62,360 bases of DNA from Spirochaetia bacterium. GTDB taxonomy: Bacteria > Spirochaetota > Spirochaetia > DSM-27196 > PWMO01. Both the position numbers and the translations under genes were made by a program. Under the pieces are notes generated by a model. It made no database searches. It saw nothing but the letters and a program-made list of their open reading frames with translations, and was not told the DNA's origin. The number at the start of each line of letters is the position of its first letter. Positions within the stretch are counted from its first letter, which is position 1. Location: NCBI GenBank assembly GCA_041686235.1, contig JAWLED010000005.1, forward strand, positions 1 through 62,360, given 5' to 3'. This document shows positions 8,159 through 16,014 of this stretch, piece by piece.

Positions 8159-8581
8159 ATGCAACAAGAACGTAGAGTTGCGAAACGCAGCGCGAGAATA
8201 ACCGAAGTCGACGTAGATAAGGTCGAGGTGAGCAAACGAGTTCGTCATAACTTAGGTGATGTAACGGCACTCTCGGAGAGCCTACGAAAGCACGGCCTGC
8301 TCAATCCGATTGTTATCAATGAGAAAAACGAGCTCATCGCCGGACACCGTCGCCTCGAAGCGGCCAAACGCCTGAAATGGCCTCGCATCCCCGCCAGGGT
8401 CATTACGCACGAGAACGAGGCGGATCTCGTTGAAATGGAAATCGACGAAAACACACAACGCAAAGACCTTACCAGCGACGAGCTCGCCGATGCCTATATT
8501 CGACTCGACCGTCTGCGAAACCCCGGTTGGTTTCGCAGATTAATCGAGTGGCTGAAGTCGCTCTTTCGGCGGGGCACCTAA
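8159..8581 (+). CDS. Small ParB/Srx N-terminal-domain protein (mini-ParB)
   Basis: GLLNPIVINEKNELIAGHRRLEAAKRL matches the ParB-like GxxRxxA box. Only 140 aa, so no room for an HTH or dimerisation domain. C-terminus PGWFRRLIEWLKSLFRRG looks amphipathic. Starts 5 nt after the PBP1A stop. Confidence 0.75.
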   Translation: MQQERRVAKRSARITEVDVDKVEVSKRVRHNLGDVTALSESLRKHGLLNPIVINEKNELIAGHRRLEAAKRLKWPRIPARVITHENEADLVEMEIDENTQRKDLTSDELADAYIRLDRLRNPGWFRRLIEWLKSLFRRGT

Positions 8582-8585
8582 CCAC

Positions 8586-8604
8586 GACAGGGTAAATCCC
8601 TGTC
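8586..8604 (+). terminator. Hairpin just after the mini-ParB stop (possible weak terminator, no U-tract)
   Basis: GACAGGG-TAAAT-CCCTGTC 7-bp stem, followed by AAAAATT rather than a T-run. Confidence 0.3.
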
Positions 8605-8729
8605 AAAAATTGGGCTGGTGCGTTATACTGTCTCGCATGGAAGTTCGCGCTTTTCGCGAAATAATTATAGATTAAAGCACCAGGGAACCGGAGCACCTAT
8701 GTACGACGACAACTCGCAAGGAGCCGCGG

Positions 8730-9389
8730 ATGCAGACACCCAAAGTTACTAACCAACCGACCATCAAACGCCTGCCTTCCTATTTGCACATTATTGAGAG
8801 CGCTCAGAGAGAGGGAAAGGAGTACATCTCCGGTACCGTCATCGCCGAAGAGCTGAAGCTCGAGCCGATACAGGTGCGAAAAGATCTCGCACTCACCGGG
8901 ATCGTAGGGAAGCCGCGCATCGGCTTCCCCGTCGACGAGCTGATCCAGGCTATCTACTCGTTTTTAGAATGGGACAAAGAGCATCGGGCTATTCTTATCG
9001 GGGCGGGAAACCTCGGGACGGCTCTCATGGGGTACCGAGAGTTCAATAAGCGCGGTATGAATATCGTTGCCGCCTTCGATCTGGATAAGAACAAAATCGG
9101 GAACTCGCTCCACGGGACGCCGGTATATTCCCTTGGTCAAATGTCTGAAAAAATCGAAGAGCTCGAAGTCGATATGGCCCTTCTCACCGTGCCTTCGGGT
9201 CACGCACAAGCAGTTGCCGACCTCCTCGTGCGGGCCGGAATCCGCGCCATTTGGAACTTCACGAACGTCAAACTCAAAGTTCCTGAAGAGGTCATTGTCC
9301 AGAAAGAGGATCTCTCGTCGGGCTATGCCGTGTTATCAGTCAAGATGCGTCTGACAAACTCGCAAAAGGCACAAGCAGGAGCCTCCTGA
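8730..9389 (+). CDS. rex: Redox-sensing transcriptional repressor Rex
   Basis: N-terminal winged-helix motif (KRLPSYLHIIE) and a Rossmann GAGNLG motif (ILIGAGNLGTAL). AAGGAG lies 8 nt upstream of the ATG. Confidence 0.9.
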   Translation: MQTPKVTNQPTIKRLPSYLHIIESAQREGKEYISGTVIAEELKLEPIQVRKDLALTGIVGKPRIGFPVDELIQAIYSFLEWDKEHRAILIGAGNLGTALMGYREFNKRGMNIVAAFDLDKNKIGNSLHGTPVYSLGQMSEKIEELEVDMALLTVPSGHAQAVADLLVRAGIRAIWNFTNVKLKVPEEVIVQKEDLSSGYAVLSVKMRLTNSQKAQAGAS

Positions 9390-9417
9390 GCGGCACCGCT
9401 GCAGGCCGTGGCGCTCG

Positions 9418-10137
9418 TCAGCCGGTCCACCCGCCGATTGCCCGGTACAGCTCGCGCTCGCGGCGCGCAAACGCCTCGCTGTCTACTCGCCGCTCTTGGG
9501 GCGAGAGATCGTTCACGAACACCTCCACTACCCTCGCCGGCCGTTCGGATAGCCGTACGAGCGTGTCCCCCACGAGAAGCGCCTCCCGCACGCTGTGCGT
9601 CACAAAGACGCTGGTACGGGGATGAGTGCGGAGCAACCGCTTGAACACGCCGATCAACGCAAGCTGCAACGAGAAGTCGAGACCCTGGAACGGCTCGTCG
9701 AGCAAAAGCACCCGCCCCGGATACACAAAGGCCCTGCCAAGCGCGACCCGCTGTGCCATCCCGCCGGAGAGCTCGGCGGGATAATACGCGGAAAAGTCCG
9801 ACATCTGCACATCTGCAAGAATCGCCGACACGGCCGCGTGACGTTCTTCCCGGCTCCATGCGGGGGGCAGCACGAACTCAACGTTGGAAAACACCGTCTC
9901 CCACGGCAAAAGGCGCGGCTCTTGAAAGAGAAACGTCACTTCCTCGCGATCAAGCCCCTCAATTGTTCCCACGTCCGGCTCTATCAACCCGGCCATGGTT
10001 CGCAGGAGCGTCGTCTTACCGCACCCCGAAGGGCCGAGGAGCGTGGTAACGCCGTTGTCGGGAACCTCGAGGTTCATTTTTTGAATGACGGGAAGCTCTT
10101 CGAATTGCTTGCTAAGCCCTTTTACGGTAAAACTCAT
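9418..10137 (-). CDS. ABC transporter ATP-binding protein (NitT/TauT, SsuB/TauB-like)
   Basis: Starts MSFTVKGLSKQF. Walker A GPSGCGKTT, LSGGMAQR, Walker B LLLDEP. ATGA overlap with the permease stop. The longer ORF-track version (to 10839) is an out-of-frame overlap of the permease gene. Confidence 0.9.
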   Translation of the reverse strand: MSFTVKGLSKQFEELPVIQKMNLEVPDNGVTTLLGPSGCGKTTLLRTMAGLIEPDVGTIEGLDREEVTFLFQEPRLLPWETVFSNVEFVLPPAWSREERHAAVSAILADVQMSDFSAYYPAELSGGMAQRVALGRAFVYPGRVLLLDEPFQGLDFSLQLALIGVFKRLLRTHPRTSVFVTHSVREALLVGDTLVRLSERPARVVEVFVNDLSPQERRVDSEAFARRERELYRAIGGWTG

Positions 10138-10910
10138 GCGCCGGCCCCTCGCGCCATGATGCGGCGGCGCTTTTGCGTGAGCAGCGTAAATGCCAGGTCG
10201 GTGAGCGCGCTCAGAAGAATCGCGACCGCCGTCCACGCAAACACCCGCGGTGTCTCCAGCATCACACGGGCCTCCTGCAGCTCGGAGCCCACCCCGAGCT
10301 CGGGAATGCTCAGGACCTCGGCGGCAACAACAACCTTCCAGGTCAGCCCCAGCGCGGTGCGCCCGGCAGAGGCCAGGAACGGGAACAGCGACGGGAGATA
10401 GAGGCGGAACCACATTCGGCGGTTTCCGACACGGTACGCGCGGCACAACTCGACAAGCCGCCGGTCCACCGCCCGGATGCCCTCTACGATGTTTTCGTAT
10501 ATCACCGGGAAGGTCATGAGCACCGTGACGAACACGGGCACGAAAGCGGTGTCGAACCATATGAGAGCAATAAGAATAAAGGCTACCACCGGGGTAGAGC
10601 GAATGATCGTAACGGCGGGCTGTAGCACGTTTTGCACGGTGGGTCGCAACCCCGCGGCACCGCCGAATAAGAGTCCGGCACCGGCGGCAATTCCAAACCC
10701 GCTCAGACCGCGAGCCACGGTGGCCGAGACCGAGGCTCCGAACGAGGGCGTTACGGCAATCTCCATAAACCGCCCCAGCGTCGCTTCCGGAGACGGCAAG
10801 ATCATCTCCAAACCGACGAGCACCGAAACGAGCTTCCACACCGCAACGAGCACCAACGCCGCTGCCGCTATGGAGAGGTAATCCCTGCCCCGATGCGGCT
10901 CGTGCTTCAT
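10134..10910 (-). CDS. ABC transporter permease (NitT/TauT family)
   Basis: Six hydrophobic segments with a BPD-type inner-membrane component pattern. ATGA overlaps at both ends. Confidence 0.85.
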   Translation of the reverse strand: MKHEPHRGRDYLSIAAAALVLVAVWKLVSVLVGLEMILPSPEATLGRFMEIAVTPSFGASVSATVARGLSGFGIAAGAGLLFGGAAGLRPTVQNVLQPAVTIIRSTPVVAFILIALIWFDTAFVPVFVTVLMTFPVIYENIVEGIRAVDRRLVELCRAYRVGNRRMWFRLYLPSLFPFLASAGRTALGLTWKVVVAAEVLSIPELGVGSELQEARVMLETPRVFAWTAVAILLSALTDLAFTLLTQKRRRIMARGAGA

Positions 10911-12217
10911 TCGTCTCCGTCTTGAAGAACGACGCGAAAGTACCGCTTTTTTCCCGCCTTCAGCAGGGCTTCATTGCCTTCGAACCATCGGTCGTCTACC
11001 ATTTCTTCGGTCGATTCGATTTTCTGCTCGTTCACTCGAGCGCCACCCTGCTGTATCAACCGCCGGGCCTCTCCCCGCGAACTGCAGAGGCCCGTTCGGC
11101 TAAACAGGTCCACCGCGCTCAGACCGGATTCCAAATCGGCGCGTGACACCGCCATCCGCGGGATCGCGGAGGTGTCCCCCTCCTCGGTGCCGCCGAACGC
11201 CGCCTTGGATGCGGCAACCGCCTTGTCGGCTTCCGCGTCCCCGTGAACCATCCGAGTAATCTCGGTGGCCAACACTTCTTTGGCGTGGTTGATTTCTCTG
11301 CCCGAAAGTCCCGAAAGCTTATTGATCTCGTCCATGGGCAGGAAGGTATAGAGCTTGAGAAACCGAACTACGTCCTCGTCGGGAACGTTTCTCCAGTACT
11401 GGAAGAAGTCGTAGGGCCCCATGAGCTCCGGAGCAACAAAAACGGCGCCCTGCTCGGTCTTGCCCATTTTCTTCCCATCTGCCCGGGTTACGAGGGGAAA
11501 CGTGAGTCCGTACGTTTCCTCACCTCTCACCCGACGGATCAGGTCCGTACCCGCTACGATGTTCCCCCACTGGTCGTCACCGCCGATTTGCAGCTTACAG
11601 TTGTATCTCTCGTTGAGCACCAGGAAATCGTAGGATTGCAGAAGCTGGTAGTTGAACTCGATAAAGGACAGCCCCGTTTCCAGCCGTTGCTTGTACGCCT
11701 CGAATGACAGCATCCGGTTCACAGAAAAATGCCTGCCGATGTCCCGTAAGAAATCGATATAGTTCAGCTCTGTTAGCCATTCGGCGTTGTCGACGAACTT
11801 CGGCTCTACCCCTTGCGTCGCGAGAACGTTTCCGATCTGCCGTTTGAAGTTTTCGCCGTACTCATTGATTTGTTCGACCGAAAGCATTCTGCGCATTTCG
11901 GTCTTGCCCGACGGATCTCCAATACGTGCAGTCCCGCCACCGATAATAATGATCGGGTTGTGACCGGCCTTCGCCAAGTGAGCCACGGCCATCACCGGCA
12001 CCATGTGTCCCACATGGAGGCTTCCCCCGGTAGGGTCGAGCCCGACGTAGAACGTTACGGGCTCCTTCTCGGCAAGGGCTTCGAGAGCTTCGAGGTCGGT
12101 GCATTGCCGGACGAACCCTCGTTCCCGGAGTACCTCGATCCCGTTTTTTTGTGTGGCAGCGCCACCGCCGGCGCCCATGCCTTCGTTTACCGCGCCTGTG
12201 TTTGCCGTCTCACTCAT
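10907..12217 (-). CDS. tyrS: Tyrosine--tRNA ligase
   Basis: HIGH-type LHVGHMV, KMSKS-type KMGKT, C-terminal S4-like RLIQQGGARVNEQKI. About 25-aa Gly/Ala-rich N-terminal extension. Confidence 0.95.
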   Translation of the reverse strand: MSETANTGAVNEGMGAGGGAATQKNGIEVLRERGFVRQCTDLEALEALAEKEPVTFYVGLDPTGGSLHVGHMVPVMAVAHLAKAGHNPIIIIGGGTARIGDPSGKTEMRRMLSVEQINEYGENFKRQIGNVLATQGVEPKFVDNAEWLTELNYIDFLRDIGRHFSVNRMLSFEAYKQRLETGLSFIEFNYQLLQSYDFLVLNERYNCKLQIGGDDQWGNIVAGTDLIRRVRGEETYGLTFPLVTRADGKKMGKTEQGAVFVAPELMGPYDFFQYWRNVPDEDVVRFLKLYTFLPMDEINKLSGLSGREINHAKEVLATEITRMVHGDAEADKAVAASKAAFGGTEEGDTSAIPRMAVSRADLESGLSAVDLFSRTGLCSSRGEARRLIQQGGARVNEQKIESTEEMVDDRWFEGNEALLKAGKKRYFRVVLQDGDE

Positions 12218-13563
12218 GTTCCGACTCGCTTGTAGTTCTTCGTTGCCTCTCTGATTCGGGTAGTGAGCTCGGGAACCGGGACCCGAACCTGCTCCATCGA
12301 GTCGCGAAACCGCAGCGTGACCGTGTTATCCTCTTTGGTTTGGTAGTCCACCGTAATGCCGTACGGCGTCCCAATTTCGTCCTGACGGCGATACCGCCGG
12401 CCTATGGCCCCACCCTGGTCGTAGAAGGTAGCAAAATCCTCACGAAGGTCGCGCTCGATTTCCCGAGCCAGCTCGGCCAGGCCGTCTTTCTTGACAAGAG
12501 GAAACACGCCGACGGTAATCGGCGCCACATTCGGATGGAACCTGAGTACGGTACGCGTGTCATTCTCGTCGACCTGCTCTTCCTCGTAGGCGTCGGAAAG
12601 CACCATGAGCACACTTCGGGTCAGTCCGGCAGATGTCTCGATGATGTACGGGACGAAGCGCTCTTTGCTCTGGTCGTCGAGATATGTAAGGTCCTTCCCC
12701 GAATACTCCCCATGTCGCTTCAGGTCAAAATCGGTTCGGTTGTGGATCCCCTCGAGCTCGTTCCAACCGAATGGGAACTCGTACTCAATGTCGAACGCGT
12801 CTTTTGCATAGTGCGCGAGCTCGTCGGGTCCATGGCGATGAAAGCGAAGCTTGTCGGAGCGAATGCCGAGTTTTTCGTAGTATTTGATGCGCTCGTCCTT
12901 CCAATACTCGAACCACTTCTCGTCTTCGGAAGGGTGCACGAAATACTGCATCTCCATTTGTTCGAACTCACACGTGCGAAAGATGAAGTTTTTGGTGACA
13001 ATTTCGTTCCGGAAGGCCTTCCCTATTTGGGCAATCCCGAACGGAATCTTTACCCGGGACGTTTGGACGACGTTCTTGTAGTTTACGTAAATCCCTTGAG
13101 CGGTTTCAGGACGGAGATAGATGAGCGATCCCTCGTCTTCCACCGGTCCGAGGTGGGTTTGAAACATGAGATTGAAGCGACGAGGCTCCGATAGCGGATT
13201 CCCCTTCGGACTGGTCATCGACTTTTGATTCTCTTCCGGCAGATGGTCAAAACGAAAACGCTCATTCGTCACGGTGTCTTCCACCATGAGGTCTACAAAG
13301 CTGTCCACGTGGCCGGAGGCTTCCCATACCTTGGGATGCATCATGATGGCCGCGTCGAGCCCGACAATGCCCTCGTGAAGCTGAGTCATCTCCTTCCACC
13401 AGAAGTTCGCCAGGCGGTTCTTGAGCTCTACACCAAGCGGACCGTAGTCCCACGCGGAGCTGAGCCCCCCATAAATGTCGGACGACTGAAAAATGAAGCC
13501 GCGTCGCTTTGCAAGTGATACGATTTCTTCCATGCGCTTCGGGTCGGTGCTCTGCTCTGCCAT
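12214..13563 (-). CDS. glyQS: Glycine--tRNA ligase (dimeric GlyQS type)
   Basis: N-terminus KRRGFIFQSSDIYGGLSSAWDYGPLG, class II core and anticodon-binding C-terminus. Length is typical of the alpha2 type. Confidence 0.95.
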   Translation of the reverse strand: MAEQSTDPKRMEEIVSLAKRRGFIFQSSDIYGGLSSAWDYGPLGVELKNRLANFWWKEMTQLHEGIVGLDAAIMMHPKVWEASGHVDSFVDLMVEDTVTNERFRFDHLPEENQKSMTSPKGNPLSEPRRFNLMFQTHLGPVEDEGSLIYLRPETAQGIYVNYKNVVQTSRVKIPFGIAQIGKAFRNEIVTKNFIFRTCEFEQMEMQYFVHPSEDEKWFEYWKDERIKYYEKLGIRSDKLRFHRHGPDELAHYAKDAFDIEYEFPFGWNELEGIHNRTDFDLKRHGEYSGKDLTYLDDQSKERFVPYIIETSAGLTRSVLMVLSDAYEEEQVDENDTRTVLRFHPNVAPITVGVFPLVKKDGLAELAREIERDLREDFATFYDQGGAIGRRYRRQDEIGTPYGITVDYQTKEDNTVTLRFRDSMEQVRVPVPELTTRIREATKNYKRVGT

Positions 13564-13565
13564 TC

Positions 13566-15035
13566 TTATTCTTCCCCTTCCTCAATCTTGTTCTGTAGAA
13601 GCTCTTTTGCGCGTTCTATTCTCCGCCGCGTCGTTTCTACCCCCAAAAGCCGAATCGAGCCGAAAAGAGGTGGTGAAACCCGAGAGCCGGTAACCGCAAC
13701 CCGCACCGGCATCAGCAAGTTGCCGATTTTACTATCGATTTCTTGCGCTCGGCTACGGAAGGCTTCCTCGTTTTCCTCGTCGCTGCGATTCTCGAACCCT
13801 TCCAGCAAAGACTCGGCCTCATTCAAGAGCGAACGCGTTTCGGCGGCGGTGTGCTTCTTCGGTATCGCGAGCGTTATGTCGTAGTCGTCCACTTCGCGAT
13901 AAAGAAACCGCACCAGCTCCGGGGCCTGACTGAGATATTTCATTCGCTCTTTGATGAGCGGCATTGCCCCTTGCAGGATCGAAAGCTCGTGTTCGCTCGG
14001 CGGTCGAGAAACGAGCCCTTCGGATTGAAGGTACGGAAGCACCATGTCTTGGAGCTCATCATCACTCTTTTCTCTGATATAGACGCCGTTAAACCACTCC
14101 AACTTTTTGTAGTCGAACACCGCCGGGGCCTTGTTGATTTTTTCCAGAGAAAAGAGACGCTCCAAGTCGGCGGTGGTAAAAAACTCGCGGGAGTCGTCGT
14201 ACGCCCATCCCAGCAGCGTCACATAGTTCACAATAGCCTCCGGCAAATAGCCCTGCTGCCTGAACTCGATTGCGCTCGTGGCGCCGTGACGCTTAGAAAG
14301 CTTCTGGCCGTCTTTGCCCATGACCATTGGAAGATGACAGTAGACCGGCGGTTCCCAGCCGAGCGCCGTATACAGTAGTACGTGCAGTGCACCCGAAGGG
14401 ACCCACTCTTGAGCCCTCAGAATGTGGGTGATGTCCATATGGTGGTCATCCACCACATTCGCGAGGTGATAGGTCGGCAACCCGTCCGACTTGAGCAGCA
14501 CGGGATCTGCGGGGATATCCTTGTTCTTGCGCTTTACTCTGCCGAGAACGACGTCTTCGAAGCTCGTATCCCCTTCGAGAGGCACCTTGAATCGAACGAC
14601 GGGCGTCCTCCCCTGTCTCTCGAGCTCTCTGCGCTGCTCGTCGCTGAGATCTCGACCGCTCCGGTCATAGCCGCCCACCTCGGCTCTCATTGCCTCGAGC
14701 TCTTCGGGGGTTTCATAGGCTCGATAGGCATAGCCCTTTTCAACGAGCTCCTCGGCATGGCGTCGGTAGAGCTCTTCTCGTTGTGACTGCACGTACGGTC
14801 CGTATGGACCGCCGACCTCGGGCCCCTCGTCGGGGTGAATTCCCAGCCACTCAAAGGTTTCATAAATGTCGGTAAGGGCTTTTTCGTCGTAGCGTTCGCG
14901 GTCGGTATCTTCGATCCGCAGTACGAATACTCCGCCTTCGGAGCGCGCAAAAAAATAGTTGAACAAAGCGGTGCGGACACCGCCGATATGTTGCAGCCCC
15001 GTCGGCGACGGGGCATAACGCACGCGTACGCTCAT
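13566..15035 (-). CDS. gltX: Glutamate--tRNA ligase
   Basis: APSPTGLQHIGGVRTALFNYFFA (HIGH region) and KLSKRHG (KMSKS). Confidence 0.95.
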   Translation of the reverse strand: MSVRVRYAPSPTGLQHIGGVRTALFNYFFARSEGGVFVLRIEDTDRERYDEKALTDIYETFEWLGIHPDEGPEVGGPYGPYVQSQREELYRRHAEELVEKGYAYRAYETPEELEAMRAEVGGYDRSGRDLSDEQRRELERQGRTPVVRFKVPLEGDTSFEDVVLGRVKRKNKDIPADPVLLKSDGLPTYHLANVVDDHHMDITHILRAQEWVPSGALHVLLYTALGWEPPVYCHLPMVMGKDGQKLSKRHGATSAIEFRQQGYLPEAIVNYVTLLGWAYDDSREFFTTADLERLFSLEKINKAPAVFDYKKLEWFNGVYIREKSDDELQDMVLPYLQSEGLVSRPPSEHELSILQGAMPLIKERMKYLSQAPELVRFLYREVDDYDITLAIPKKHTAAETRSLLNEAESLLEGFENRSDEENEEAFRSRAQEIDSKIGNLLMPVRVAVTGSRVSPPLFGSIRLLGVETTRRRIERAKELLQNKIEEGEE

Positions 15036-15079
15036 AGATACCTCAATTGCTATTCTTGAAACGGGTCGATACGCCGAGA

Positions 15080-15108
15080 ATTATAGTGGCGGCCCGAACC
15101 GCGGTCAA
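15080..15108 (-). promoter_or_regulatory. Strong sigma70-like promoter for gltX-glyQS-tyrS-ABC
   Basis: Minus strand reads TTGACC (15108-15103), 17 nt, TATAAT (15085-15080). GAGGT SD precedes the gltX ATG. Confidence 0.6.
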
Positions 15109-15123
15109 CCAATGCGCCGACCG

Positions 15124-15942
15124 TCAAGCGGCTTCGGTCCCGTCGGAAAACACCCAGTTGCTCGCGTCTCGCACGAGCTTGGAAAGGACGATTACCTGCA
15201 GGTTACCGCGGTTCTTCTCCACCTCTTTATTCCACTGCTCGGACGTATATTTTGCTTGAAATGCGCGTTTGCGCTCGACCACGATGTTGTTGACTTGATT
15301 GTCCGACACGGTAAATGCGTCGAGCAGATACAAGGTAAGCAGCGCGAGCACGTCGTTCTTCGTACGGTTAAGCAGCTCCATGAGGACGTCTTTTGCATCT
15401 GCGGACTGTTCATCGAGCATCAGCGCAAACGCGTAGGCCCAGTCGATCCAGTCTCTGTCGGCGCAATGGGGATGTTCGCGCATTTCTCCGTAATACGCCT
15501 TCATATCTTCGGCGGAGTTACCCAGAAGATGCGGTATCCCGAGATGCAACGCGAAGCGGGGCACGAGCGCGGCACGGTTTTCTCTGAGAAACTGTTCCAG
15601 CCGAGCGATCTTTTCCGGTTGAGAAGTGATTACATAGGTGTTCACCAATACCCGCAGGTGCTGCCGGCGAAAGCGTTTACGGGTATACACCTGGTCTTCG
15701 AGGTAGTCTATGAGTGCGTACCAGTCCTCTCGCTCGAGGAGCGTAAACAACTTCCAATTTGCCACAAAGTACCCGTTGAGCCCTGCCATGACCGCGACAA
15801 ATACCAACGCAACCGGCCAATTGTCGGTCCAGAATACCTGAGTGTAGTCCCATCCCAGCATGAAGAACGGGATAAGGAAGATGAAGAGGAACGAAACGAG
15901 TATAATGACGTTGAATATGACAAAAATGACCTTAAACTTCAT
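15124..15942 (-). CDS. Hypothetical membrane protein (N-terminal TMs + helical soluble domain)
   Basis: MKFKVIFVIFNVIILVSFLFIFLIPFF plus two more hydrophobic segments. GGAG SD upstream. The antisense ORF 15112-15987 has implausible composition. Confidence 0.65.
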   Translation of the reverse strand: MKFKVIFVIFNVIILVSFLFIFLIPFFMLGWDYTQVFWTDNWPVALVFVAVMAGLNGYFVANWKLFTLLEREDWYALIDYLEDQVYTRKRFRRQHLRVLVNTYVITSQPEKIARLEQFLRENRAALVPRFALHLGIPHLLGNSAEDMKAYYGEMREHPHCADRDWIDWAYAFALMLDEQSADAKDVLMELLNRTKNDVLALLTLYLLDAFTVSDNQVNNIVVERKRAFQAKYTSEQWNKEVEKNRGNLQVIVLSKLVRDASNWVFSDGTEAA

Positions 15943-15973
15943 TTCGTTTTCTCCTATAATTACGTTGGTAATG

Positions 15974-16002
15974 AGTCTAAATCATAGCTACACGGTGGTC
16001 AA
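15974..16002 (-). promoter_or_regulatory. Sigma70-like promoter candidate for the 15124-15942 gene
   Basis: Minus strand reads TTGACC (16002-15997), 17 nt, TAGACT (15979-15974). Confidence 0.4.
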
Positions 16003-16014
16003 CGGACGGTAAGA

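Noticed and set aside
8644-8660. Canonical Rex operator
   Set aside because: The palindrome TTCGCG-N5-CGCGAA does not match the widespread TTGTGAA...TTCACAA consensus. It is kept only as a speculative site in the findings.
10138-10839. N-terminal extension of the ABC ATPase ORF (ORF-track 9418-10839)
   Set aside because: The extension is Arg/Gly-rich nonsense overlapping the permease gene out of frame. The conserved ATPase begins at MSFTVKGL (10137) with an ATGA junction.
12151-13194. 347-aa ORF antisense to tyrS/glyQS
   Set aside because: It overlaps two clearly recognisable aaRS genes. It has no motifs, no RBS context, and shadow-frame composition.
15036-15123. T-box or other riboswitch leader upstream of the aaRS operon
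   Set aside because: The distance from the predicted promoter to the gltX ATG is only ~45 nt, too short for a T-box. No specifier or antiterminator features are present.
15112-15987. 291-aa plus-strand ORF competing with the minus-strand 15124-15942 gene
   Set aside because: The minus-strand product has clean TM segments, a GGAG RBS and a promoter-like TTGACC-17-TAGACT. The plus-strand product has odd composition and no signals.
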